A DNA stretch of 63,970 bases, the filler included, from Bipalium vagum (Eukaryota): assembly GCA_037834085.1 (NCBI GenBank). It is 3 parts of 3 records of this genome, joined end to end, with 100 filler letters (N's around TTAATTAATTAA, not from the genome) between each part and the next. Parts side by side here need not be neighbours in the genome. Positions count along the whole stretch, not along the records: positions 19,815 to 46,951 come from JBBMKC010105673.1; 2 more parts are not named here. One strand, written 5' to 3'. Within the stretch, counting starts at the first letter, position 1. Each line of letters opens with the position of its first letter. The notes under the pieces were generated by a model. The model was not told the origin of the DNA. It did no database searches and was given only the letters and a program-made list of their open reading frames with translations. Made by a program: the position numbers and the translations under genes. This document shows, in pieces, positions 25,302-40,300 of this stretch.

Positions 25302-28300
25302 CTCTCTGGATGGGTGCTTGGCAGCATAAATCGGAATTCAACAAAAAATGCTCCATTTTTAAGTTGACATTGGTGGATACATGTTAATTCATAAGCAATA
25401 TAAGCTCGTCGCACATAAACCTGACAATGGAATAAAGTTAAAATTTAAATATTCTAGAATTTATGAAGTTTGAAGATGGTGTCGTGGATAGGAGACGTTA
25501 CAGAAGACTAAAATTATATTCTATTGAATAATAAAACCAAGACAAAGTATTTTAAAAATGTTTACTTAGTAGGGTTATTTTCACTGATATTACTAAAAAT
25601 CATTACTCACCTCTAGTGCTGCACTAATGATCAAAGGGTTGAGATGATAGAAAAAATCGCAAAGTATATCAAAAAAAACATTTTCCGAAAGAATTAATTT
25701 TTCAAGGTTCTCAGGTCTAAACTGGTGTCCATATCGATCTATAGCAGATAGAAATATTGATTCCATCTAAATTAATAAAATTAATTTTTTACTAGTGATT
25801 AAAGTGAATAGTTTAATAAAAAATCTTCTAGATATTAAATTATTTTAATTTATTATTTTATAGATTTTTTTTAATAGATATTATTAATAAACACTAAATA
25901 AATTCAATATTTACAATTAGAATAATATTAATAGGGTAACGTTATATATTTTTTATTTTTGGTTTATTATTAACATATGCATATACACGACCGCTCAAAT
26001 GAATCTTTTTTGAAATTCAATTGGCGCATCTACATTTGACAAGACATGATCAGCTTTACACATAATTTAGCGTGTCAAACAACTATTGAAAGTTATGATC
26101 TGAGGAAGCATGAGTTACTATAAATCTGGCAGAATTCACGTGATAGATGGTTCCAAAAGTACACGTCAGTATATTGATGCCCTGAGGACTTGACTGATAC
26201 CTCAAGCGAATCAATGGTATAATGAAGGATGAATTTTTCAGCAAGATAATGCTACATCTCACACCACAAAACTGTCAACGAAGTTTATTCATAATGAGGG
26301 CATCAACATTTTCCCATGGCCAGATATAAACCACATCGAAACTCTTTGGGCAGTGATTAAAAATAAGCTACGATAACTGACAATTACATCTAAAAGTGAA
26401 CTTATTAATAAGATTCTTGACACCTGCGTTCCAGGTAATGAAATGAATGCCAAATTAAGAGACATACGTAAACCTGGTAGATGATATGCTCCATCACATC
26501 GAGGCTCTTATAAAATTGTAATTTGATTTTTAATAAATTTTTGAAATTCATGATTTATCTATTCATTACAATTTTTAGTTTTCTAATAGAAAACCTTTTG
26601 TATTCATTGACTTTTACTTTAATTTAAAATAAAAATATATAACCTGGCTCACTGTACTGTACCTCATTTCAAATATTTATTACAATAATAAAAATTTTAA
26701 AAAATAATAAAACAGAAAAATTAATCAAAGTTTCGAAGTTTTGAATCAGTCATATAATAAGTAAAGTTTTAGAGATTATTTCAGTCTTAAATATTTTTCT
26801 CAAGTAATTCTTAGAAGAACTGATACATTTATAAACCAATATTAGTTACAGTTAAACAATATAAATAAATAAGACATAATAAACAGACAAAAACGTATAA
26901 TTTTGAATAATGTCCGAATAAGAACTGGTAACTTTCATGCCATTGTGTTATGAAGTATTTTATTTAAAATAATTTATTATTAAGAAATAATTTTATTATA
27001 AATCGTTGAAAAAAACTTATACTAATTTTAAAAAGAAAATTAATAAAAAAAATAAATATTTCAAAAGATTTAATAAATTCAAAAAAGATTGTTTTATTTA
27101 TCACCTTAATATCTTAATAAATTTAATCATAAGTTTAAATGGGAAATTTGCAATAACACTTACCTGATTATGTCTGACTTCATAAGACGGATTTTGAGCG
27201 GCAATTAATACTTGACGGCAGCGTAACGAAACTTTGGCATTTTCAGCTTTATTTAGATTCGTAAAATTTACAAGGGAATCCCTTAAGTCTTTAATTAGAC
27301 CTGGTTCATTTTCAAATAGATGATCAATTAAAAGTAATATCAATTTATTCTTGCAAAGCACGTTTTGATGAGAAAATATCATATTCAAAACATTCAGGTT
27401 TTTATCTTTAGAATATATTTCCAAAAGACGATTAATACATTTGTCAAGATGTCCTGCAAAATAAAATTAACAAAACAATATTTCGCATTGTGTTATTATT
27501 TTTACTAAGCTTTATATATAAAACGTACCATCTTGAAATTCTTTCTCCACATTGTAATATTTGTCAAATAATTGTTCAATAGAAATTTTCATATGACCCC
27601 TAACACCAACAGAATATTTATCAACAAGCGAAAATATTGGCTGTGTAATCATCATATAATTGTCATGATCCGATTGTTTTGTTAAAATACTCTTGTAAGT
27701 CGTAAGAATGTTTATTATTTTAGTACTGGGAAATTGACAAAGAACGGAAGTAACGTTATTAGCATAAATCGACATCTGATGTTTTAGAGCTCTTTCTACA
27801 CTGTTGGGTATTCTTCCGGATGTTTGTGAAATTAATTCCTGAAAAGAGTTCTTTCATAAAATCCAAGCACGTCCGTGGTTTCAAAATAAATAATACATTA
27901 ATAAAAAACTTCAAAGAAATTAAACTCTAAAATTTTCTTATTTTTTATAAATGGTTCTAAGAAAAACAGACAAAACTAACTTAAAAACTGAAATGTTATG
28001 AACCCTCTTAGCATTATATTAATATTTCTCACAAAATTATTTCAATGTTTAAGTTTTTTCATATTATTAGTGTTAAAAATAATATTTAAAAATAATAATA
28101 ATACTAAAAATAAAAAAATAATAAAAAAATTTTTAGAATAAATTATAAGACGTGAATTTGTGGCTAAATAATATTTTTCATAAACATGATCCATTTAGTA
28201 AGAGTTAAAATAAATAAATTTCTTAGAATTTAATAAAATAATGTGAAATGAAATGAAAAATCTGCATATAATAATATATATTATATTTATATTATAAATA

Positions 28301-31300
28301 TATAAAATGTGAACTGTAAAATCAATGAATCATAAAAATCATGCTTGTTGTTTTTGACGGTGCAAATAAAGTAAACAATTTTCTAATTTAGTGATAAGAT
28401 AAATACGAAGAAAATTAGCTAGAAGAAATTTGGTCCGAATCATAAAAAGGTTTTTGTCAACTATTTTTAGATTACATTTTTATTCCGATCTTATTCTAAA
28501 AATCCTTAATTGGTCTTAATTTCGAGATGTAGATTTACTAATACTAAGTATAAATGTCAATTTTTAGTTCTTACATCTTGAAGTCCTACATGAAAGGTTG
28601 AGGTATGCCATTGGTCAAATGTGGATTCATATTTTTTCTACTTGTTTCTATTCAAACTTGTATTTGAGAGGAAATCTTACCTGGTCAGCATTCCTATTCG
28701 AATATATTCTAACTTTATTATTCAACGAATTGGTAAAATACTTTTCGTCAGTCAAAATTAATCTTGAATTATTGACAGTTAAGAATTTTTGAGTAATTTC
28801 TAAAAATTGTTTGGGTTTTACATATTTTAAAAGATCTAACTCCAGGTTTTTTCAAATTCTCGTTCATTGTATCCTTTAAAATTCCCAATTTGTTGTCCAA
28901 CTTTCGAGAAAAAAATCTTGTTCTGAATTATATTTTCCTATTTCTTCGATATGATTTTGTCTTAAATCTTCTAATAATTTGTTTTCTTATTTCCAATACT
29001 TTTTTATTATCATTGAAAAGTTGAAAGACGAAATAAATTGTAGAAAAGTTTATATTTTACTTTAGAATGATCACATGGTTCTTTCTTGGCCAACTTTCCA
29101 AATATATATTTTTTATATCTCTTCACATATGATAAACTGATTCTCAATTTCATTTAAAAAACGTACATTTAAATGTACATTTAAAAAACAATTAACTTAA
29201 TTATATATTCAAAATGTATACTTCCTTTTAGAAAAATTTTCTATTTTTATTTCATGTCTTTATTGCTACAAAAAATTAAATGTTGTATGTGCCATTATAC
29301 TGTACCTCTTCGTCCAATCCAATTTTCAAAATTTTCATTTAGCCAATTACGCATGATTGTCGTATAATGCGCTGGAGAACCATCTTGTGTGAACCATAAT
29401 GGCTTACCATCACAAATAAGATCCAATTGCGGCATCAAATCGTTTTGAAGCATATTTAGATATACGCCACCGGTCAACATTTCACAGAAAAAGAAAGGAC
29501 CTGATATATGATTTCTCCATAGTACGCACCAAACCATCAATTTTGAACTTGAGTGTTACTTACTAGCATCTGTTCAATGCGGATTTTTGACTGAATAATA
29601 ACGGCAAATTTGCTTGTTGACTTCACCGTTCACAAAAAAATTAGCTTTGTCTCTAAACAACAAGTGGTCTACAAATTTGTGGTTCCTATTTAATTGATCT
29701 TTAAACCAACTATGTCTCTTTGGCTTGTCTAGGACATTGCCAGTTTCCCGAAATTTAGTCAGCAGTCGTCCAACTGTTATCTGAGAGATATGCTTTTGAA
29801 TAGGATGAGTCTGATTAAATCTCTCAGCCACAGATCTATTTGTAGTATCATCGCGACCAAACATCAATACGAATTCAACTCGTTGATCAACTGATATGCC
29901 ATAATATCTTTAATATAAAAGATAGATATACAATAAAATTTAATTAACAATAAATTTAATTATACCTCGTCAAATTGTAATAATTTGATGCACTTAAAAA
30001 GATAAATTTTCTTATTATGTTTTAGTGTGCTACCTTTTGCACACCCTGTTTAATGATATTCATGTTTAAATTTCAAAATTTTTAAAATAAATTGAACTTA
30101 AAATATTTTTTAAGTAAAAGAAAATGTCTAGAATAAATTTATTTTTGAACATCAAAAAATATATTCACCGTTAGCTTTCCACTTGCGATACAATCCTCGG
30201 TACCAGGATTTACAACTTTCCTCGATTGTATCCTTTCCACTTTTCTTCACTGTGATCTTCAGTTCGCTGATCAATTTATTTTTGGATGTTATTCGATCCC
30301 ACCTGATGCTGAGAACAAAATCATTCCAAAAGCAATTATCAAAAGGGTTTAAATAGGATGAATTAGAAGGCCAACGATTTTTTGGAATAACATTTGGAAA
30401 ATTTTTGGAACAAAATTCAATTGATTTTCCCGTATGACAAAATTTTTTTTCGACCCGTCGCACTATCTTGTTGATATTTCCGATTATTCCCAAAAAAATT
30501 ATTTTTATATTTCTTTGCCGCTTGGAGATTTTTTTTTAAATATAAACGTCCTGATTAATTGTTTCTTTTTCAATAAATAAGAGTGGACTGCAACCTTTGG
30601 AACATACAGCCAATCAAACTATTACTTTTGGAAATTTCTGTTTTTTTCATCTTTTTTCATCAGCATTAACACGAGTAAGTGCCCATATTCTGACATTTTA
30701 GACATTGTAGACTCCGTTCATATGGAAAATTTTTCGTCCGAAAAAAGTATCTTTTTGGTATCTTCCTTTTTGAAATTATGCTTCACCCGATTATAAAATC
30801 CAATACTGGTTTTTAAATGCTTCCTAGTCAATAAAGGTTGTTTTCGGATCTTATACGGCTTTAACTTTCGATTTTTTCGATATGGATTGAGCTGATCCAA
30901 TTGATATTCCAGTTTTGATAGCCAATTTTCTTACGATTACCCTTTTTTCCCTTTGACCAATTGTTTTATAGTATGTATCGCTCTAACTGTTTTGGTATCT
31001 TTGTCCTTTCTGGTGGCTTCTTCAGTTCAATAGAACCATTTTCCATGATCATTCTGTATCATTGTTTGATGGTTGGAAGTTAAAGAACTCCTTCCAATGT
31101 TTGGTATATGTACAAGAGGTAATTTCCATTTTGCTGCTTGGTAAAAAACAATATTCTGTATTTCCAAAGATGTCATCTCTAAAATTCTGTAAAATTTAAA
31201 TTTAAAAATAATCTTTTGTTTACCTATAATATATATGACAAGCCTTTCAGTTAATCCTCTTTAGATTTTGATAAAATATAATTATTTGTTTTTACCAGAC

Positions 31301-34300
31301 ATATAAAGGACAGTATCATTATATGTTGAATACCCGCTATGTTATTGTTTATTTGTACCAGTTTTTCGGAAAAAACAAAAGATTTTTAATATAAATATTA
31401 ATTGGAAGATCTTACAAATATATGGAATTGCATTTTAAACATCATAATAAAAACTTGTTTCCAGATTCGTAATTGTGTTTAATTGTATATTGATTACAAA
31501 GTATAAATAAATACAAAAAACAAAAATATATTCAAATTATATAACCAAAAAAGATATTTCTAAAATCTACAAATTACAAAGTTAACCTGCAATTCTATAA
31601 GAGGAAGTCTAGGATCTCTGAGACAAGCCATAAACTGATTAACTGTTTTCTGAAGCCTTGGAGTAAAATAAGGCTCAGGCAAACAATAGCCTTCAAGAAT
31701 TTGCTCCAATTCTTTAAAGCATTTATCAAATATTTGATTCAATTTTGCGACCGATGAAGTTTGGTTTGAATTGTAAAATGCTCCTCTAAATTACAAAACA
31801 TCTATCATATTAGTTATTCTGGCAAATTTTACTTGTATGTTACTGCTCGCTTAAATTCTACATTACCATCGAGTGTGAGAGTAGCAATCTGAGTACCAAC
31901 ATCTAGAATAGCACCAGCTCGCTTTATATAATGAATACAACCAGATGCCGATGTTCGCAACTCCATTGTTAATTTCATCACCTCCATCAATGCATAAACA
32001 CTATTAGCATAAATGTGACTACCATCTTCTACAGTATACTGAACCAGCTTTCCCGTTGTAGGGGATCTAATGTTTCAATTAAGGAAATTTAACAGAATTT
32101 CTTTTTATCTTACACAAGAATAGATGGGTCACTTTCTTTTTCGAATGTCATTGTGTTATTGTCAATAATGATTCTGTAGCTGTATATTTCTTCTTTAAGA
32201 TAAGTGGTATAACTAGTATTTCCATATGTGATAAGTAAACACCCGTCTAATAATTTATGAACTTCTGCTTCTACACAATCATTATTCATAATTAAATGAT
32301 AAATGATAGGACCAGTTTTACAAATCTATATCAAAATTTGTTTGAATGAATTCTCGATTATTTTTTTTAAAAAATTAATATAAATCAACAAAAAATAAAA
32401 AATCAATACCAAAATGGGAAATTTATTGAAATATGAAATAATATGAATATTTATTTTGAAAGAATCAAAACCTGTTTAAGATTCATAATGAAAATATATT
32501 GAAAATAAAATAAATGATATTTTATTTGATGGGTTATAAGTTACAATTTAAAATGAATCAGTCAAAGATTAAAATGAACATTTGATTAATCTTAATAAAA
32601 TTTTTATATTATTAGGTTGTCTCACATGAAATGGAGGTTTTAAAATGTAACTAAATTAAGTCAAATAGAGTTATGAAAAAATTTTGTATATCAAAATATT
32701 TTCCATTGTTTTCAATATGCTTCTGCCATCTAGAAAATAAATCTTAAATTCCATTTTCATAGAAATCAGGATTTCTGGATTCTAAACTAAAGAATATTAA
32801 TATTACGTCATATTGGTTTCAAGACATCTTATTGGTCAGAAATGTATCCAGGTTTGAACATGATAATTTGATGTTGTGAGGTCTGGTGAATAAGTATGAT
32901 GAGGTAAAACTTCGTAGTTCAAATTTTTGATCTGTTAATCTTGAAACACGTGGTCTTGCATTTTCTTGGATTAAAATAGATCTATTCCCATTAACAAGTG
33001 CCGGCTAATATTCAAATAAATCATTTTGCATTACTTCAATTTCATTACAATATAAACTAAACTATGCTAGATTCGCCAAATTTTAAATTATAATGAATTA
33101 ATCGAGTTATCATAGTCTTCTTTGGGTAAAGGCATTACTTATATATATTTTTCAGTTTTATTATGTTTTCAGCCAGTTCTCTAACAGATTTTCTTGTGTG
33201 GCTTTCAACTAATCCTTTCTAATGGTCATTACTTACGACAGTAGTCAGTCTTTCATGTTCATCAATTTTCAATTATGAAGTTACCAATTTTAATTTTCTC
33301 AAAATATCTTTCTTTTGATATTTTGCTTAAAGAACCATCACCCAATGAAAAATTAATATTTCTCGTTGCTTCTAATGCATTATGATGAAGTTTGAATTCA
33401 TAAACCATGCAAATTCGACTTTCTTGTTCAATCATATCCTAGAAAATGTAAAAAAACGTAATTTTAAAATGAACTGTTTACTTTTAGAATTATATCAAAA
33501 AATGAAATTGGCGATTCGGTTTTATATATTAAAAAATCATTATCATTATAAATTTGGATTGATTAACAAAACTAAGATTTGCAATTTCATGTGGGAAAAC
33601 TTGAAATATTATTGAAAATTGCTTATCCATATGATATCCTACTTTTAAATAATAAAAAATTCATTTATTAAAATTATCATTAGAAACAAAAATAATCCTT
33701 TTTTTTAATACGAGTTCAATAATAAAATTAATATTCATTTTGGTTATTAAAGACTTCATTAATAAACGAAATCATAATAAACATTAACTAAAATTTAGAA
33801 ACACTTACTCGAATATAATATTTCAAAGACCCATGAATAAGAACCACATCAACAACATTTGTTAATTTTTGACTTTTACATATTTGGCGTCTAAAAGTGC
33901 GTTAAAAAATCAAAATCGAAAAGTTTATATTGATATATGAAAACTGAATCTAAAACTCACATTGAATATTTTGGATCTATTAAATCTGACAATCACTTAA
34001 TAAAGCCAATTAAATCTGACAATCACTAAAAAAAATTTATTTGATTAAATGATTTTTTAAACCAATCTAGAAACATAAATTCATTTAAGAAATCTTCCCT
34101 TTTATCTTCATCAATTCCTTCCCTGGCTTTGATTTATCTAGTTAGTTTATTATTAAAACTTTCCACATTTTTTGTATGAAATTCTGTTTCTAGGTCAAAG
34201 AGTGGGACTTGTTGACAACAGAGTTATGTTTATATCCTGAATTTGTTTTACCCAAGGCAAAATAATATCAAGCTTCATCTGTATATATTGTCAAGTCAAA

Positions 34301-37300
34301 TTTAACTACTTTTTAATTATTGGGAAAATGGTATATGCTCTTTTATCGAGTATAATTTCAGTGCTTAATACCAATTTTGGTGAAATAGATATTCTTCCTC
34401 TATGGGCTTTAACGTTGTGGTTTATTTTGGTCTCATCACACTATTATTTTACCTATTTATTTATCCGATATTCTTTAATCCGTTTTTTAGAAAAGTTCCT
34501 AAGTCAAATATATAGTGGATCAGATATCTAGCATTTCTGATTTATTTCAGTACATAATCTTCTTTATGATCTGTAATTTGTGCATTTTTTGTTTAGGCAT
34601 CTCCAAACACAGCCATCTGATGTCACTTTTACCATTTTAAAGGACATTGTCTCCTTACAAGCAAAACAAATTTCCTCACATCTTATTAATTGTTTTTCGG
34701 TAAGTTAGTTGAAGAATTCAATATCTTTGGATAAATACAGGGTCTTCCAAAAGAAGCTTTACTACTTTAAATCGCTATTTCTCCGTAGATAAAAATTAAA
34801 AAGCCAAGTCATTTTATTTATATCTTTATTTAAACACAAATATTACAAAAATTTATATTTTAAATATGATGTCATTAAAATGACCGCCTCTGGCAGCCTT
34901 AAAAGTTTGGGCTATTTTTATGGAGTTTAGCATAACTTTTTGTCATAAGTCTTTTGAGATCATAACAATTTGTTCTGAAATGTTGTCTTTGAGTTGTGTA
35001 ATAGTTTTTGGTGATTAATATAAACTTTATCTTATAGATTATATCCCCACAAGAAATAGTCTGGAGCCGTCAAATCGGGAGGCCAATCAACATCACCGAA
35101 ATGTGAAATCACGCCAGATGAAAAAGTTGTGTAATAATGCAAATGTTTTCCTATTTGTATGGGATGTGGCACCATCTTGCTGAAAGTAAATATTCTCCAC
35201 TTTAAAATCATTCAGATAAGGCTTAAGGAATATTTCTATCATGTGTCGATATCTCTCTCCCGTTACTGTAACTGTTTTACATGCAGCATTTTCGAAAAGT
35301 ATGGATCAATTACACCTCTTGCCCATATTCCACACCGTACAGTAACTTTTGGCGAATGTAATGCTTCTTCCTTCAAAACATAGAGTTGCTTTGTCGCCAA
35401 AATTCGATAATTTTGTTTATGAAAATCACCTTCACTCAAGTGAAAATGACTTTCATCAGTCATAATGATTTTTTTCAAAAAATGAGGATCCGCAATTGAT
35501 CTTTCTAATAACCAATTACAATAATTCAGGCGACTTTGATGGTCTGATTCTTTAAGCTTCTGAACTACGGTAAGCTTATAGGCTTTCATATGCAAATATT
35601 CATACATTATCCGCGACAAACTGGATTTTGAGAGGTTTAATTCCTGTACTCTATGACTGATTGAGGTGCATCTATTGTCTTCAATGCTTTCTCGTGTACT
35701 TGCAATATTTTCAGGTATACGCGCAGATCGAGGTCATCCAGATTTTGGTCTATCTGCTACCGAGCCAAATGTTTCAAAACCATTAACCAGACTGTAAATT
35801 ATTGGTTTTCATGGGCATTTTTTTCCCAATTTTTGCATTTAATTTTTTAACGGTTACTGAAATTGAATTACCGCTTTGATAAAACATTTTGACAATTTCT
35901 GCTTGTTGTTGAATATTTTAACGATCCATATTTAATTTTCAAATGTTAAATATTAATTTATTTAAACAAAAAATACTTAGTATTTAATATGTTAAAAGTA
36001 GTAAAGCTTCTTTTGGAAGACCCTGTATAACATATCTAAAAATGCAGGATCCATTGTAATTAATAAGAAATTTAATATATACATTTAAATACCTCTATGT
36101 AATCAATCAAATCTCACAATCACGTTATGTTAATCACTCATTTGATTGTCAGATTTAATAGATCCAATATTTTTTTTAAATGTTATTTACACAGAATACT
36201 TATAGAACGATTAATTGTAAAAACATATTCCAATTTTAATTATTTAAAGTTCTATTCACCAAATATGAAAACATACTTTGAAAAATAACAAAAACAATAA
36301 ATATAAAAGATTTTTTAAAATTTTCAAATTTCAAATGTTAAGGGCATTACCAGAAAAATGTTTGAAAAATATAAGAAAATGAAAATTTATTTTTATTAGA
36401 TTACAAATATCACCCAATTATATCATTATAATTGGATTGCATAACTCTGTCATCATTGCAAGAATATGGGGGATTGGGTAGGAGATTCCCATTTTTATTT
36501 TTCTATAACCTTCGTTACTTTGTGTGGTTTAGCATTGTCATGGTGAAATAGCAACCTTTCTCTGTAGAATAACGATGGCCTCTAGCTTTGGGATCCTCTG
36601 TCAAATTACTTAATTATTCATAGTAAATGTCTGCATTAATCGTCTACCCCATCTTAAACATTTTCAACTGAATGATTTATTGCTCTGTAGTCCCATCAAA
36701 TACATAATAGATTCTTCTTTTGATGTCCTAGTTCTCCACCATTTCTACAAAATTTCCTAATCAGATAGAAATGTTCTGAACAGTTGACTTAAAAATTCTA
36801 TTTATTTTCGATTATCAACTTCGGATCTTCTTCAACCGATTTCCATATAGCATCCTTGTCCCAAGAAATTTTGCGACAAGGTTTAGGATGATCTTCGAAA
36901 ATATACAATATTACAAAAATTAACTTATTGGTTTTTTAAAAAAAAATGTTGACTTAAAACAGTACTTGATTGCAAGTTTTAAAATTACATCATTTTTTCA
37001 AGTTATTGAATTTTGAAATTTATGTTAATTTAATTTAAATTAGAAATTTTACAGATTTAATTTAATTTCTCTTCTTTGATGCATTCAGTTAGAGATACTG
37101 CCATCGTTTTAATGCGATTGTTAAAAAATGCGATTATTAATCATTTGTATGAGTTTTTTTATTTATTTTTAATGTGTTTACTTATAAAATAAAAGGCATA
37201 TTAAATCTTTAAAAAAAATTTTTTTTACAGGTAATTTAAGGTTACTTTTTGACTGACCCTCGTAATTTTATCATTTTTAATGATAAATAATTATGATAGT

Positions 37301-40300
37301 TATTTATCTTTTAAAAAATAAATTAAAAGAATTCTTATTCTAGCATACTTTGAATATGGTACAAATAAATTATGTAAAAAGAATATATTTTGATGAAAGA
37401 CGATCTTTTAGTTGAAAAATGAACAGAAAATATTTTTTATGAAATGGGCACTGCAGTACTTTGTTTAATTTGCCGCATTTCAATAAATTTAATCTAAGAA
37501 AACAAGAAGATATTCTCAAAAACATGTGGATAATTTCAATACATCAAAAATTAGATTCCTTCAATGCGACCAAAGACACTTAAAATTGGACACCCCTGAT
37601 CTAAATCTTTATATAAAAACGGAATAATCGAATAAAAGATTATAGTAAAATAATTTCCAGTATTTCTTTACCTTTCAATTGAGATTTGATAATTGCTGAA
37701 GCTCCGTAACAATTGATCATTCCCAATATGAAGAGCGACAAACATTGACGCTAGGTTAGGATCAACAGAATCTATCTAAATATTATAAAAGATATAAATT
37801 TAAAATAAAAAATATATTCACCAGAACTTTTTCAGAGATTATTTGATCTAACCAGTTTGTATCGATTTCATTCATAACAAAACTGTCAGATTCCAATATT
37901 TTAATAAGGTATTCCACTGTAGTTCGGAAATCTCCTCGAATACTCATATCCTTAAGAGTGAGAACCATGTTTCTAAAACGTAAGTGGTAATAATTTATAT
38001 ATATCTATATATATTAAAGAAACTTAAATTCGATATTGTAAATGTATTTCTTAGGTAAAAAATGCAGATAAACAAAACTAACTCTCGAGCTTTCTCTCGA
38101 GTCTCAGCAAAGGAAAAACAATGTCCAAATTGGCTATCAGAAAATTCGTGAATACCACCAAGTGAACTAACACTGAAATATCCCCATACAGAACGATTGC
38201 TTTTAAAATTTAATTCTTCCATTGTTCCAGGACTTGGTTTGAAACCTTCGTCTGGGTTTTCCGATGTGATTCTTACAGCAATAACATGTCCGTGAGGTCG
38301 AGGTTTATGTATGGGGTTTTTAAATTTTATTGGAGTCAGAAGTGTAGGATCCTCTTTGTATAGTTCTCTAATATCTTTAATTTTATGCAACGGAATGCCC
38401 ATAGCGATCTAAAATTAATTTTTAACAAAAAATTTTTAAAAAATATTATGAACTTGAAATTGAGCAGCTGGTAAATTTATATCTGTAACAACTTCTGTAC
38501 ATGGATGCTCTACTTGCAATCTGGTATTAAGTTCAAGGAAAAAATATCTTTGAGTTCGAACATCATATAGATATTCAACAGTACCAGCACTAACATAACC
38601 GACTGTCTGGGCCAATTTGACAGCATCCTATAAATGACTTTTTGATCAAAATACTTTTTTAATTACTTTGTTCATTAATTAAAAGAAATAAATGTTTCCA
38701 AAGATAAATATAAATAATGAAATAAGTTAATAAGTCTTAGATTTGACTTTATTACTGATAATATTGAACATTTTTATGATCGACCAATAAGCAGCTAAAC
38801 CAAATGAAAAATTATTTTTAACTAAATTTTTATAAAATATGTTTACATAATTTTGCAATTGATTAATTGTTAAATTATAAAGTTGGGGACACTGGAGAAA
38901 AGTAGCTTAAATTAAAAATCATTACGAAACAAAAAAATTTTAAATTAATATACTTATTAATACCACTTAAGTGTTAAAATTATGTTAATGAATTGTGTCG
39001 GAATTGTTGCATATGTTGCTTAATAAGAATAATTTAATAAAATATCCACATTCTTGTATGCAAATCATTTAAATAGGTAAGTAAATAATTTATTATTAAT
39101 AAGAAATACTCGCATGAATCGCCATTGATATCTTAACATGATTTCCACACAAATTTATTTATTTCGTGTGGTTAGATATAATTTCCACTAATTTTATTTG
39201 TTCCTTTTTAATTTTTTTAGTGATGAATTTTTAATGAAAATGATTACAATCAAACCTGCAAAATGGACCGATTTTTTAAAAATATGATAATCAAAACTCG
39301 TTTTCAGTAACGTATGATGTAACAATATTGTGAAATCATATTTTAAAAAATTAAATATTAAAAGATTTATTTAAATAAATTCATTATTTTTTTTCATTAA
39401 GGCTTATATCAAATTATTCCTAAACACAAAAAGTGTTATATTTTCAGGACCAAATTCGTATTTATATTATTTGCATCTTTTAAGCATAACATAAAAAACG
39501 ATCAAAATGAATCCATGATTAATTTGATCTTCATCAAAAGTGACTTAGTTTCCAATTTCGATCTCATTTAAAATATTTCCGTTTCACTCTGTGAATCAAT
39601 ACAGTTTGAACTGTATTACTGTATTGTTACATCCGGTAATTGTGAATTTTTTAATGTCTGTTGGAAACAATTTCTATAACCAGAATACACAGGGTTATCT
39701 TCCTTTGTTGATTTTCATCTTCATTAAAATGTTGCAAGACGAGCAGCTTTTTTCTTTATGTAAAATCTTTTAACTTTGGAGGAATTTTATGCATTCCGTT
39801 TTAACGAAAAGAATATTTTGTAAATCTTCAATTTTCAAAATATGCTAATATTAAAAATGACTTTAAATGATAATTATTAATTTGTTAATATTTAAAATAA
39901 TTTTGTAGATTTTGACAATAATTAAATTTGTTAATTATGTGGAGTAACCCAAAACAACGACATTTTTTGATGAAAAATTCTTTTTGTGATTTATTTATTT
40001 ATTTTTATCTTTTTAATGTGTGATCATCAAGTTAAAGACGAATACAATTATTATTATTTTATTATTTATTATTAATTATTAATATTACCATAAAACAAAT
40101 AAACAAAGGATTTATATAGAAAACAAATAAAAAAATAGAAATTAATATGAATAGAAATTAATGTGAATAAAATAATAGGAATTTCTAAAAATAGAAATTA
40201 TAGAAAATTTTTGTATTTAAACCCACAAAAAATAGTAAAGACACAATAATTCGCACCAAGGGCTCAATAAAACTTAAGCGAACACTCACAGAGTAATATT

